DNA of 64,000 bases from Gemmatimonadota bacterium (GTDB lineage Bacteria; Gemmatimonadota; Gemmatimonadetes; Longimicrobiales; Gaopeijiaceae): contig JBDHHQ010000002.1 in NCBI GenBank assembly GCA_039589315.1, positions 61,018-125,017 on the forward strand, in the 5' to 3' direction. Positions 25,802-35,250 of the stretch are shown piece after piece. The notes beneath the pieces were generated by a model. It did not search any database. It had not been told where the DNA came from and saw only the letters and a program-made list of their open reading frames with translations. Made by a program: the position numbers and the translations under genes. Position 1 is the first letter of the stretch, and each line of letters opens with the position of its first letter.

Positions 25802-27592
25802 TCAGTAGTCCACCGGACGCAGGTAGAACTCGCCGATGGCCGAAGAGGTGAGCATGGCCACGGTCGGCAGCTCTCTCTTCCAGTGGGTCGAGTTCAGCCG
25901 GCGCCAAACCAGCCACACCCGCGCCTCGTCGAAGCCATGACCGATGAGCTCGTCGGGACGGTACCCCTCGAGAAACCAGTGTAGCAGCGGATCCGCTCGG
26001 TTGTACGAGATCCCCAGCTCGTCCTCGTCGTGCACGCCGCGCACGAGGTCCGCCGAAGCCGGCTTCTCCACGATGACGTCCGGCACGCCCAGGTGGCGGG
26101 CCAGGCCCCACACCTGGGTCTTGAGCAGGTCCCCTAGAGGGTTGATCGGCGGCGAGTCGTCGGCGTGCCAGGTGAAGTATCCCAGTAGCCGCTCGCTCTT
26201 GTTCCCCGTTCCCAGCGGGAGTGCCCCGAGCTTGGCCGACTGGTCGAAGAGCGTCACGGCCCGGAAGCGGGCCGCCAGGTTCCCGCGGCGCAGTGGCGTG
26301 ATGTCCGGCTCGTACGCCTCCACGTACGCGTCGACAGCGGGCGTGATCTCGATGGTATGGCTCCGCACGCCTGTAGCCTCGATCACCTTCTGAGCGTGGT
26401 CCAGGCTCTCCTGGGACGAGGACGCGTAGGGCAGCCGAAAGGCCACCACGTTTTCCGGGCCCAGCGCCCGCGCGGCGAGATAAAGGGAGACGGACGAGTC
26501 CACGCCGCCGCTGGCCCCCAGGACGAGGCGCTCGAAGCCCCGCCGTCGAATCACCTCTTCACGGATGAACGCCAAGAGGGCCTCTTCGACGGACGTCCAG
26601 TCCAGCTCCAGAAACGACGTGTCTCCGGGTTTCGGCATGCACCCCGGCTGGCGATCGGTTCGGAGGCCCCGCAAGCCGCCACCGGCCTCCACGGGGCGCT
26701 CGTCGGGGGCGAGAGGCCGCCCCCGCCGAGTGCGCTCGAGGGCCTCCTGGAGGTGAGGCAGCATCTGCTCGAGGTCGGCGAGCAACGGGGAGCCGCCCCT
26801 GGCCCGGTCCAATTGGGCGCCCTCGAGCGATGCCGTGGCCACGCCCTCGTCCAGAAACGGGCCCCGCACGAGCTCCTTTCCGTCGGGTCCGAAAACCATG
26901 GAGCAGCCGGGGAAGAGCTTGCCCCCTTCGGATCCCACGAGCTGGCTCACGGCCACGAAGACGCCGTGCTCCTCGGCGACGCTCCGTGCCAGTCCCTCCC
27001 AGCGCACGACGCTACCGGGTCGCCCACCGACCCGGAAGTCCCGCGCCGGAGATGCGCTCACGCAGACGATGAGCTCGGCGCCATCGAGGGCGAGGACCGT
27101 CGGCGGCAGCGAATGCCACATCTCCTCGCAGACCAGCATCCCCACTCTGCCCAGGCGAGTATCGAACGCCTCGAGCGCGGTACCGGCCTCCACGAAGCGG
27201 GCTTCCTGGAAGACGCCGTAGGTAGGCAGGAACATCTTTCGGTGCACGTGCACGGGAACCCAGCCGCCGCCCCGCGGCGCGAGGTAGGCCACGCTGTTGT
27301 AGAGGCGCCGCCGCCATCGCTCGTAGAAGCCGATGACCACATCGGGGCCGTCCGCGCCGCTTGCGCCGAGACCCGCCGCCAGCTCCTCGGCGGAGAGCGC
27401 GACCTCGGCCACGCCCCCTTCCAGGAAGTACCCCGACGCGGCGGTCTCCGGGAAGACCAGAAGATCCTGCTGCCCGGAGTGGCCCTGGACGAGGTCCTGG
27501 ATGCGAGCGAGGTTGGCCCCCACATCGGCCTTCACGGGCTTGAACTGAATGAGCCCGACGGAAAGCGGCGCGTCCTGAATCCGTGGATCCAT
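25802..27592 (-). CDS. nadE: Glutamine-dependent NAD+ synthetase (nitrilase/CN-hydrolase domain fused to NadE)
   Basis: Nitrilase triad FPE / HRKMFLP / VCEEMW, SGGVDS PP-loop, TGNKSE and KPASADL. ATG at 27592. Confidence 0.93.
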   Translation of the reverse strand: MDPRIQDAPLSVGLIQFKPVKADVGANLARIQDLVQGHSGQQDLLVFPETAASGYFLEGGVAEVALSAEELAAGLGASGADGPDVVIGFYERWRRRLYNSVAYLAPRGGGWVPVHVHRKMFLPTYGVFQEARFVEAGTALEAFDTRLGRVGMLVCEEMWHSLPPTVLALDGAELIVCVSASPARDFRVGGRPGSVVRWEGLARSVAEEHGVFVAVSQLVGSEGGKLFPGCSMVFGPDGKELVRGPFLDEGVATASLEGAQLDRARGGSPLLADLEQMLPHLQEALERTRRGRPLAPDERPVEAGGGLRGLRTDRQPGCMPKPGDTSFLELDWTSVEEALLAFIREEVIRRRGFERLVLGASGGVDSSVSLYLAARALGPENVVAFRLPYASSSQESLDHAQKVIEATGVRSHTIEITPAVDAYVEAYEPDITPLRRGNLAARFRAVTLFDQSAKLGALPLGTGNKSERLLGYFTWHADDSPPINPLGDLLKTQVWGLARHLGVPDVIVEKPASADLVRGVHDEDELGISYNRADPLLHWFLEGYRPDELIGHGFDEARVWLVWRRLNSTHWKRELPTVAMLTSSAIGEFYLRPVDY

Positions 27593-27859
27593 GTGTGGTC
27601 CCGTGTGCTGGCGGATGCGCCGCGACGCCGTGGAGACGAACCGCGGCGTTTCCGCGGGCAGTCGTCGCAGCGGGGTGCGATCCCGCCGGGTTCCGGCCGA
27701 TAATCTGAAGAACGGGGAACGCGAAAACCCTTGCAGCGATCCCACAGGGGGGAAAATACTCGAAACGAGGGCCTCGCGCCGGATCTCGCCGATCCTGGAA
27801 CGCCGTCGCCGCCCCCGGGGTTAAACTTCCGACATGTCTGCCGGCCGGAGAGAGTATCG

Positions 27860-29461
27860 ATGACCAGGACGTTGCCAGTCCTCCTCGCGCTCGTCGCGAC
27901 GGCGTTTCCGTTGGGCGCAGCGGGGCAATCCAGCGATGCATCCTCCCCCCGGTGGGAGTCGTCTCGATCCGGTACGGCCGGTACCGCCGAGGAGGAGGTC
28001 TTCCTCGGAGCCTTCGAGACCATCGCGGACTATCACCTCGCGACGTTCTCGGACTCGGCCTTGTGGGACCGGGCGCTCGACGGCCTCCTGAGCGCCATCG
28101 ACGACCCATACGCGACGGTCTTCTCTCCCGAGGAGTACAGCCAGTTCGAGGAGCAGACCACCGGCAACTACGCCGGCATCGGCGTGACGATCACGCAGCT
28201 CAGCGACGCCGTCACCATCACGGGAGTCTTCCGCGGCACCCCCGCGGATCGCGTCGGCCTTCAGGTCGGTGACATCATCGTCGGCGTCGACGGAGACAAC
28301 GCCACCGAGTGGACGGTGAGGGACGCGTCCGAGCGGATCCGCGGCGAGGTGGGGACCACCGTAGAGGTGAGCGTGGCGCGGGAAGGGTATAACGGCCCCA
28401 TCCCCCACTCCATCAAGCGGGACAACGTCCACGTGTCGGCCGTCCGAAGCGGAGTGCTGCCCGGTCAGGTGGGCTACGTCGCCATCGATCGCGTGGCCCG
28501 CAACTCGGCTCGGGAGGTGGGACAGGCCATGCAGGGCATGGCTACGGCGGACGGGGTGATCATCGACCTACGACGCAATCCCGGCGGATACCTGGACGAG
28601 TCACTCTTCATGGCCGATCTGTTCCTCGCCCCCGGCCAGAAGCTCGCCTCGACCCAGAGCCGAGACCCACGGAGCGGCGGGCAGCGCGAGGAGTCGTGGG
28701 ACGCTCGTACCCCGCCCCTGCTCCCTGACGTGCCCATCATCATTCTGGTAGACCGGTATACCGCCTCGGCGGCGGAGATCGTCACGGGTGCGCTGCAGGA
28801 TCACGACCGGGCGCTGGTGCTCGGCGAGCGGACCTTCGGCAAGGGCGTCGTCCAGACGCTGATGCCACTCCCCCGGGGATACCAGATCCGCCTCACCACC
28901 GGATCTTGGCACACACCGCTAGGCCGATCTCTGCACCGGCCCCGCGACGGCTCGGGTCGGCCCGCGGCCGAGGACCTGGACGCGATCCCGGCGGTCACCA
29001 CCGAAGCCGGTCGTGACCTGTTGGCCGGGGGTGGCATCTTTCCCGATCTCGAGATCGAGAACGACACGCTCCGCGTCGTGGAACGGGAGTTGGTGGCAGC
29101 GGCGCAGAACGCCGAGGTCCCACTCGGGCTTCGCATCGAAGAGTTCGCGTTCGCCCGTGCACAGGAAGCGCGGAACGGCGAGGCCGACCCCGAGATCACG
29201 CCAGAGGACTTCCAGACGTTCGTGGACGGCCTGCTGAGCGAAGGCCTCCCCACGGAGGTCCTGGAGGACCCCACAGCCCTCGCCTACTTGAATTGGCAGA
29301 CCCGGATCTCACTGGCGGAGCGCCTGGAGGATTTCGTGCTCGCCACCGAGCACCGGATGGAGCGGGACCGCGTGTTGACCGAGGCGGTCCGCCTGTTGAC
29401 GGTGACGGACACGCAGACGGACCTCTTCCAGGTCGCCTTCCGGGATGGCGAAGGGCCGTAA
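27860..29461 (+). CDS. ctpA: S41A C-terminal processing protease with PDZ domain
   Basis: Signal peptide, YAGIGV PDZ loop, IIDLRRNPGG, TASAAEI and RTFGKG. GGAGAG RBS before ATG 27860. Confidence 0.9.
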   Translation: MTRTLPVLLALVATAFPLGAAGQSSDASSPRWESSRSGTAGTAEEEVFLGAFETIADYHLATFSDSALWDRALDGLLSAIDDPYATVFSPEEYSQFEEQTTGNYAGIGVTITQLSDAVTITGVFRGTPADRVGLQVGDIIVGVDGDNATEWTVRDASERIRGEVGTTVEVSVAREGYNGPIPHSIKRDNVHVSAVRSGVLPGQVGYVAIDRVARNSAREVGQAMQGMATADGVIIDLRRNPGGYLDESLFMADLFLAPGQKLASTQSRDPRSGGQREESWDARTPPLLPDVPIIILVDRYTASAAEIVTGALQDHDRALVLGERTFGKGVVQTLMPLPRGYQIRLTTGSWHTPLGRSLHRPRDGSGRPAAEDLDAIPAVTTEAGRDLLAGGGIFPDLEIENDTLRVVERELVAAAQNAEVPLGLRIEEFAFARAQEARNGEADPEITPEDFQTFVDGLLSEGLPTEVLEDPTALAYLNWQTRISLAERLEDFVLATEHRMERDRVLTEAVRLLTVTDTQTDLFQVAFRDGEGP

Positions 29462-29492
29462 CCCCTGGCTAGAGCGCCACGGCGACACCTCC

Positions 29493-29522
29493 GACGCCCC
29501 GAGGACTTCTCCTCGGGGCGTC
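29493..29522 (+). terminator. GC-rich hairpin downstream of ctpA (probable terminator)
   Basis: gacgccccgagga-cttc-tcctcggggcgtc forms a perfect 13-bp stem; the following T-tract is weak. Confidence 0.65.
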
Positions 29523-29640
29523 TGTCGTCTGGGGCTCCGATTCGGCCCGGATGGGCGCCTCCGCAGGATCTCGGGCCCGGTGGTGGAGGGGGAGCTCTGG
29601 ACCATTCCGGGCTGGCCCCGACCCCATGGCGATCTGGTGC

Positions 29641-29805
29641 TAGCGTGGTGCTGCAGAAGTCTGGTAGCCACCGAGGAGGCCGATGCGCCCGAGCCGGCAA
29701 GGCGCGGAGACGAGTAATAGCAGCGCTATTGCGAGGAACCGCAACGCCGCCGGGCGGGATGCAGCTGATCTCGAATAGCATCACGACTCTTGCAGCACCA
29801 CACTA
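29641..29805. repeat. 165-bp palindromic element with ~21-bp imperfect terminal inverted repeats (MITE-like or structured RNA)
   Basis: TAGCGTGGTGCTGCAGAAGTC at the left end versus TAGTGTGGTGCTGCAAGAGTC on the opposite strand at the right end. Internal nested inverted repeats end in AATAGC-AGC-GCTATT. Confidence 0.65.
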
Positions 29806-30702
29806 CGCCCTCGGGTGGTACTTGCGGTGGACGCTCGTGAGGTACTCCCGGTCGACGTGGGTGTAGATCTGCGTCGTCGATATGTCGGCGTGGCCCAGCA
29901 ACTCCTGGACCGCCGCGAGGTCCGCTCCCCCCTCCAGCAGATGGGTGGCGAAGGTGTGCCGCAGGGTGTGGGGCGACACCTTCTTGCCGATACCAGCCCG
30001 CTCCGCTGCCTGATGTACGACGCTCCACACCGACATGCGGGACAGCGGCCGGCCCCGGCCGCTCAGGAACACCCTTCCCTGGCCCCGCCCCCGGTCGAGG
30101 TGGGGCCGCACCTCCCGGAGATAGGTGCCCACCGCCTCCCGGGCGGCACGTCCCACCGGCACGATCCGCTCCTTCGAGCCCTTTCCGAAGACCACGCACA
30201 CCGCCTCGTCGAGGTCCACGTCGACCACTCCGAGATCCACCAGCTCCGAGACCCGCACCCCCGTCGCGTAGAGAAACTCCAGGATGGCCCGATCGCGCCA
30301 GTAGAGGGCCTTGGCGGCGTCGGGTGCTTCGAGTAACGCCAGGACGTCCTCTACGGACAGGACCTCCGGCAGCCGCCGCCAGGCCCTGGGCGTCTCGAGA
30401 CGGTCCGAGGGGTCCGCGTCGAGCGCTCCTTCCTGGAGCAGGAACCCGAAGTAGCTACGCAACGAAGATTGGGCTCTCCGGATACTGGCCGGTGCCAGGC
30501 CGGAGTCCTTCAGATGATACATGAACTCTCGCAGGTCCTCTGGCGCGAGATCGGTCGGGCCCTGGGCCCCCCGCCCCTGGGCAAACCCGATCAGGCGCTC
30601 CACGTCCCTGCGGTAGGCCCCCAGGGTCCGGTCGGAAAGCCCCCGCTCGAAGACCAGAAAGTCCACGAACTGCTCGATGCGAAACGGGAGAGGTACGCTC
30701 AC
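29803..30702 (-). CDS. xerD: Site-specific tyrosine recombinase XerD
   Basis: YATGVRVSEL, GKGSKER, SPHTLRHTFATHLL, LLGHADISTTQIYT and C-terminal YHPRA. Confidence 0.94.
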   Translation of the reverse strand: MSVPLPFRIEQFVDFLVFERGLSDRTLGAYRRDVERLIGFAQGRGAQGPTDLAPEDLREFMYHLKDSGLAPASIRRAQSSLRSYFGFLLQEGALDADPSDRLETPRAWRRLPEVLSVEDVLALLEAPDAAKALYWRDRAILEFLYATGVRVSELVDLGVVDVDLDEAVCVVFGKGSKERIVPVGRAAREAVGTYLREVRPHLDRGRGQGRVFLSGRGRPLSRMSVWSVVHQAAERAGIGKKVSPHTLRHTFATHLLEGGADLAAVQELLGHADISTTQIYTHVDREYLTSVHRKYHPRA

Positions 30703-31343
30703 GTCTTCCCTCCCCCGCCCTTGCTACGCCGGCGCTCGTCGTGATGGCGCCGGGTCCGGTGCCAGGCCCACGCCACGAGAACCCCGAGGGCCAGGGCGAC
30801 CGCGAGCATTATCCGGTTCACGCCTGAGAGCCACCCTACGATGATGTCGAGGTTCTGCTCGGTCACGGCCCCCAACCAAACGAGGGCGCCGTACCAGATC
30901 CCCGAGGCGATGGCCAACGGCGGCGCGACTTCCAGGAAGCGTCGGTGCGTGACCCCGGCGAAGACAGGCACGACCGCCCGGAACCCGGGAAGGAAGCGCG
31001 TGAAGAAGATGGCCAGCAGGCCCCAGCGGGCGTAGAAGTCGCCGAGCAGCGAGAGTTGGCGACTGTTCAGCAGCCGCTTCCCCCACCCGTGCTCGAAAAA
31101 GGGCCGGCCGTACACGTGACCCAGGCGGTAGACGATCAGGGCGCTCCCCACGTTGGCGGTCCACGTAGCGACGAAGACCCACCGGGGATCCCCGGCCCCT
31201 GCGGAGGCGAGGAAGCCACCCAGAAGGACGAACGTGTCGGCCGGGATCGGTGGGAAGACGTTTTCCAACGCGGCCCCGAGCCCCAGCAGCGCGTAGACCA
31301 ACGCCTGGGGTAGGCCATCGAAGAACTGGATGATCGGATCCAT
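30699..31343 (-). CDS. DedA family membrane protein
   Basis: ENVFPPIPAD and TRFLPGFR motifs. Confidence 0.9.
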   Translation of the reverse strand: MDPIIQFFDGLPQALVYALLGLGAALENVFPPIPADTFVLLGGFLASAGAGDPRWVFVATWTANVGSALIVYRLGHVYGRPFFEHGWGKRLLNSRQLSLLGDFYARWGLLAIFFTRFLPGFRAVVPVFAGVTHRRFLEVAPPLAIASGIWYGALVWLGAVTEQNLDIIVGWLSGVNRIMLAVALALGVLVAWAWHRTRRHHDERRRSKGGGGKT

Positions 31344-31382
31344 GTGCGGCCCGGCGCCAACCCTCGCAGCGCCTCTGGCGAG

Positions 31383-31910
31383 CTACAGCAGGAAGCTCGT
31401 CTCGCGCTGCTCGCCTTCCCGGTGTGTCTCGCCGAGCGACCGGATCAGCGCCACGGCGTGGACGGCCAAGCCCTCTCCGGCCCCCGTCCAACCAAGGCCG
31501 TCATTGCTCTTTCCCTTCACCGATACGTTGGCGGCGCCTACACCCAGGACTCGGCCCAGCTTCTCCCGCATGTGGGGCGCGACAGGCCCGATCCGCGGCG
31601 CCTCGCAGATGACGGTGACGTCCACGTTGACGACCTCGTAGTTCCTGCTCCGGAGGAACCCGACGGCCCGCCGCAGCAACTCGATGGAATTGGCGCCCTT
31701 CCATCGATCTTGGCTCGACGGAAACAGCTCACCGATGCTCCCGGCCGCCGCGGCCCCGAGCAGGGCGTCCAGAATGGCGTGGGAGACCGCATCGCCGTCC
31801 GAATGCCCCTTCAAGCCCGGATGGTCGGGGATCTCGATGCCGCCCAGGATGAGGGGACGACCCTCCTCGAAGCGGTGCGAATCGTATCCGGTCCCGATCC
31901 TCATGCCCAT
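31383..31910 (-). CDS. ispF: 2-C-methyl-D-erythritol 2,4-cyclodiphosphate synthase
   Basis: RIGTGYDSH, GHSDGDAVSHAILDALLGA and NVSVKGK. Confidence 0.95.
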   Translation of the reverse strand: MGMRIGTGYDSHRFEEGRPLILGGIEIPDHPGLKGHSDGDAVSHAILDALLGAAAAGSIGELFPSSQDRWKGANSIELLRRAVGFLRSRNYEVVNVDVTVICEAPRIGPVAPHMREKLGRVLGVGAANVSVKGKSNDGLGWTGAGEGLAVHAVALIRSLGETHREGEQRETSFLL

Positions 31911-31925
31911 GCGCCTCCCGGTGCC

Positions 31926-33194
31926 TCAGGCTTCCCAGCGCCGCACGGCCAGACACACGTTGTGCCCGCCGAATCCGAACGAGTTTGACAGCGCCAGCCG
32001 TACGGGCCGCTCCACCATGCCGTGGTGTGCGTAGTCCAGATCGCAGTCCGGGTCGGCCTCACTGAAGTTGATGGTGGGGGGGATCTTGCCGTCGCGGCAA
32101 GCGAGCGTCGCGACGACCGCCTCCACGGCGCCTGCCGCTCCCAGCAGATGGCCCGTCATGGACTTGGTGGATCCGACCACCAACGTCTCGGCCGAATCTC
32201 CGAACACCGATCTGATGGCGGCCGTCTCCCGGGCATCGTTCTGCGGCGTGGAGGTCCCGTGGGCATTGATGTAGTCCACGTCCTGCGGAGCGGCTCCCGC
32301 GTCGTCCAGTGCCATCCGCATGGCGTGCTGGGCCCCCTTGCCTTCGGGGTGCGGCGACGTGATGTGATAGGCGTCCGCCGATAGGCCGTAGCCGGCGATC
32401 TCGCCGAGGATGGCGGCACCACGGTCCTGCGCGTGCTCCAACGACTCCAGGATCAGAGCGCCGGCACCTTCTCCGATCACGAACCCGTCTCGGCCGGCGT
32501 CGAAAGGCCGGCTCGCGGCCGCCGGGTCGTCGTTGCGGGTCGACATGGCCTTCATCGATGAGAAGCCGGCGATCGTCAGCGGCGTGATCGTGGCCTCGGC
32601 TCCCCCAGCGATCATGCGGTCGGTGTCTCCCCGTTCGATGGTGCGGGCCGCCTCACCGATGGCGTGGGCGCTCGAGGAGCACGCGGAGACCGTGGCGAAG
32701 TTGGCCCCCATGGCCCCGTAGCGGATCGAGATGAGCCCCGCCGCAATGTCGGGAATGAACATGGGCACGAAGAAGGGACTCACCCTACCGGGCCCCCGTT
32801 CGATGAGCGTCCGGCTTTGCTCCTCGAACGTGGCGATCCCTCCGATGCCGCTTCCGAATATCACCCCGAAACGCTCCGGTACGACACCGTCGTCCACATC
32901 GACGAGACCGGCGCTCCTCATGGCCTCCTCGGCCACGACGATCGCGAACTGGGCGAAGCGGTCGTAACGCCTGGCCTCCTTCCGGTCCAGAACGGGAGAG
33001 GGGTCGAAGTCCTTGACTTCACAGGCGATACGCGTGGTAAAAGCCTCGGTCGCCTCGAACCGGGTGATGGTGCTGGCACCGCTGGTGCCTGCAAGGAGCC
33101 GTTCCCAACTCGTTGCCACGTCGTTGCCGACGGGCGTGATCATGCCGAGACCAGTGATCACCACCCGCCTACGGCCGTTCGTGCCGCTACTCAT
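31926..33194 (-). CDS. fabF: 3-oxoacyl-ACP synthase II
   Basis: SACSSS, INAHGTST, TKSMTGHLLGAAG and NSFGFGGHN. Confidence 0.97.
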   Translation of the reverse strand: MSSGTNGRRRVVITGLGMITPVGNDVATSWERLLAGTSGASTITRFEATEAFTTRIACEVKDFDPSPVLDRKEARRYDRFAQFAIVVAEEAMRSAGLVDVDDGVVPERFGVIFGSGIGGIATFEEQSRTLIERGPGRVSPFFVPMFIPDIAAGLISIRYGAMGANFATVSACSSSAHAIGEAARTIERGDTDRMIAGGAEATITPLTIAGFSSMKAMSTRNDDPAAASRPFDAGRDGFVIGEGAGALILESLEHAQDRGAAILGEIAGYGLSADAYHITSPHPEGKGAQHAMRMALDDAGAAPQDVDYINAHGTSTPQNDARETAAIRSVFGDSAETLVVGSTKSMTGHLLGAAGAVEAVVATLACRDGKIPPTINFSEADPDCDLDYAHHGMVERPVRLALSNSFGFGGHNVCLAVRRWEA

Positions 33195-33230
33195 GAAACC
33201 GCGGAGCGAAGGCGACGCGACCCCTTCGGC

Positions 33231-33473
33231 TCAACCCTCGCCGTGGCTCTCGAGGTACTTGACGGCATCGCCGACGGTTCGCATCTGCTCGGCGTCCTCG
33301 TCCGGGATGTCGAGTCCGAACTCCTCCTCGAATGCCATGACGAGCTCGACCGTGTCCAGCGAGTCGGCCCCCAGGTCCTCGACGAACGAGGCCTCGGCCG
33401 TGACCTTTTCGGCCTCGACGCCCAGCTCGTTGATGATGATCTCCTTGACCTTGGCCTCAATGCTGTCCGCCAT
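33231..33473 (-). CDS. acpP: Acyl carrier protein
   Basis: [14 protein letters not shown] motif. Confidence 0.97.
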   Translation of the reverse strand: MADSIEAKVKEIIINELGVEAEKVTAEASFVEDLGADSLDTVELVMAFEEEFGLDIPDEDAEQMRTVGDAVKYLESHGEG

Positions 33474-33533
33474 TTTCCCCCCTCTTGGGTGGTGTGTGTG
33501 ATCTATCGTTCGAGGTCTGCTCGACCCGCTGGC

Positions 33534-34295
33534 CTACATGACCATGCCGCCATCCACAGTAACGACCTGGCCGGTAATGTAGTGAGCTTCGGGTCCCGCG
33601 AGAAAGCGCACCAGATGGGCCACATCCTCGGGCTCGCCGAGTCGGCCCAGCGGGATGCGGCCGGCGAGATCCGCCACCGCTTCTTCGGGCAGCCCTGCCG
33701 TCATATCGGTGTTGATGAAGCCCGGCGCAACCGCGTTGCAGCGAACGCCGCGTGAGGCCAGCTCACGCGCCACGCTCTTCGTGAGCCCCAACAGGCCCGC
33801 CTTGGAGGCGGCGTAATTGGACTGACCGGCATTCCCTATGAGGCCCACCACCGAAGTGACGTTGATGATCACGCCCTCTCGTCGCTTCATCATTCCCCGC
33901 GCCACTGCACGAGTCATGTTGAAGGCGCCCTTCAAGTTGACATTGATGACATCATCCCAATCCTCATCTTTGAGGCGCGCCAGGACGTTGTCGCGCGTGA
34001 TGCCGGCGTTGTTCACCAGGATGGCCACCGGCCCCAGATCGCCCTCGACGGAGCCGATCAGGTCCCGAACCCCCTCTGCGTCGGCTACGTCGCACGCGTA
34101 GCCCCGATGCCCATCGCCCGAGAGGCTCCCCGCCACCTCGGCCGCGCGCTCGCCGTTTCGAGCGACGACGGCCACCCTGGCTCCCGCCTGTGCAAGGACC
34201 CGACTCACGGCCAACCCGATCCCGCGTGAGCCGCCGGTCACGACGGCCGTTCGTCCACCCAGCGGCTGCAGCCCACCACCGTGTCGTTCGTTCAC
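33534..34295 (-). CDS. fabG: 3-oxoacyl-ACP reductase
   Basis: TGGSRGIG, NNAGITRD and YAASKAG. GTG start at 34295. Confidence 0.96.
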   Translation of the reverse strand: MNERHGGGLQPLGGRTAVVTGGSRGIGLAVSRVLAQAGARVAVVARNGERAAEVAGSLSGDGHRGYACDVADAEGVRDLIGSVEGDLGPVAILVNNAGITRDNVLARLKDEDWDDVINVNLKGAFNMTRAVARGMMKRREGVIINVTSVVGLIGNAGQSNYAASKAGLLGLTKSVARELASRGVRCNAVAPGFINTDMTAGLPEEAVADLAGRIPLGRLGEPEDVAHLVRFLAGPEAHYITGQVVTVDGGMVM

Positions 34296-34299
34296 GCCT

Positions 34300-35226
34300 T
34301 CACCCTCCCAGGGCCTGGACGTCGTCGGGCGCGCCCACCGACGTGCATGGAATGCCCTTCGCGTTGCGGCGGTTGAGACCGCACAGAACCGAGCCCGGCC
34401 CCAACTCGAGGAAGCGGTCGACGCCCGCATCCACCATGCTGCCGATGGAGGCCGACCATCGGACGGGAGATGTCAGCTGACGGATGAGCAGGGCTCGGGC
34501 GTCCGCGCCGGTGGTCACCGCCGCGGCGGTCACGTTGGACACGATAGGGTGAACGGGATCACGGAAGTCCAGCGCTGCCAGGTATGCCCCCAGACCCTCC
34601 TCCGCCGGAGCCATGAGCGGAGAGTGGAACGCCCCCGACACGTTCAGCGGCACCGCCCTCCTCGCCCCGGACTCCAGTGCCAGTTCCATCCCCCGCTCCA
34701 CGCCGCGGACGTCGCCGCTCAGAACCACCTGGCCACGCGAGTTGAAGTTGGCAGGGACGCAGGTCCCGCCCGAATCCGCGCTCGCCCTCCTGCAGACGTC
34801 CTCCGCGGCCTCGTCCGCCAATCCCAGTATCGCGGCCATCGTGCCCGGCCGCTCCTCGCCCGAGGCGAACATGAGCTCGCCGCGGAGGCGCACCGCGCGA
34901 ACGGCGTCGGAGAACTCCAGTACGCCGGCGGCCACCAGTGCCGAGTACTCCCCCAGGGAGTGCCCGGCGGCGTAGGCGACCGGACCGATTCGGTCCCCCA
35001 CCGTCGCCAGCACCGCGACCGAATGCGTGAGCAACGCGGGCTGGGCATTCTTCGTTTGGGTCAGCGCGGTCTCGTCGCCTTCCCAGGCCAGCGATGAGAG
35101 CGAGAACCCCAGGGCTTCGTCGGACTCGAGGAATACACGGGCAGCCTCCGGGAACGAAGCCGCCAGGGCCCGTCCCATCCCCACGTGCTGGGATCCCTGC
35201 CCCGGAAAGAGAAGTGCCAAAGACAT
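34300..35226 (-). CDS. fabD: Malonyl-CoA:ACP transacylase
   Basis: FPGQGSQ, GHSLGEY and VSGAFHS. Confidence 0.96.
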   Translation of the reverse strand: MSLALLFPGQGSQHVGMGRALAASFPEAARVFLESDEALGFSLSSLAWEGDETALTQTKNAQPALLTHSVAVLATVGDRIGPVAYAAGHSLGEYSALVAAGVLEFSDAVRAVRLRGELMFASGEERPGTMAAILGLADEAAEDVCRRASADSGGTCVPANFNSRGQVVLSGDVRGVERGMELALESGARRAVPLNVSGAFHSPLMAPAEEGLGAYLAALDFRDPVHPIVSNVTAAAVTTGADARALLIRQLTSPVRWSASIGSMVDAGVDRFLELGPGSVLCGLNRRNAKGIPCTSVGAPDDVQALGG

Positions 35227-35250
35227 GGGTGCGAGCTCGTTCCCCTGGGC

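Noticed and set aside
29462..30702. Integron (integrase plus attC) or prophage integrase
   Set aside because: The recombinase is a canonical XerD with no IntI patch, embedded in housekeeping genes. The adjacent palindrome lacks RYYYAAC/GTTRRRY ends.
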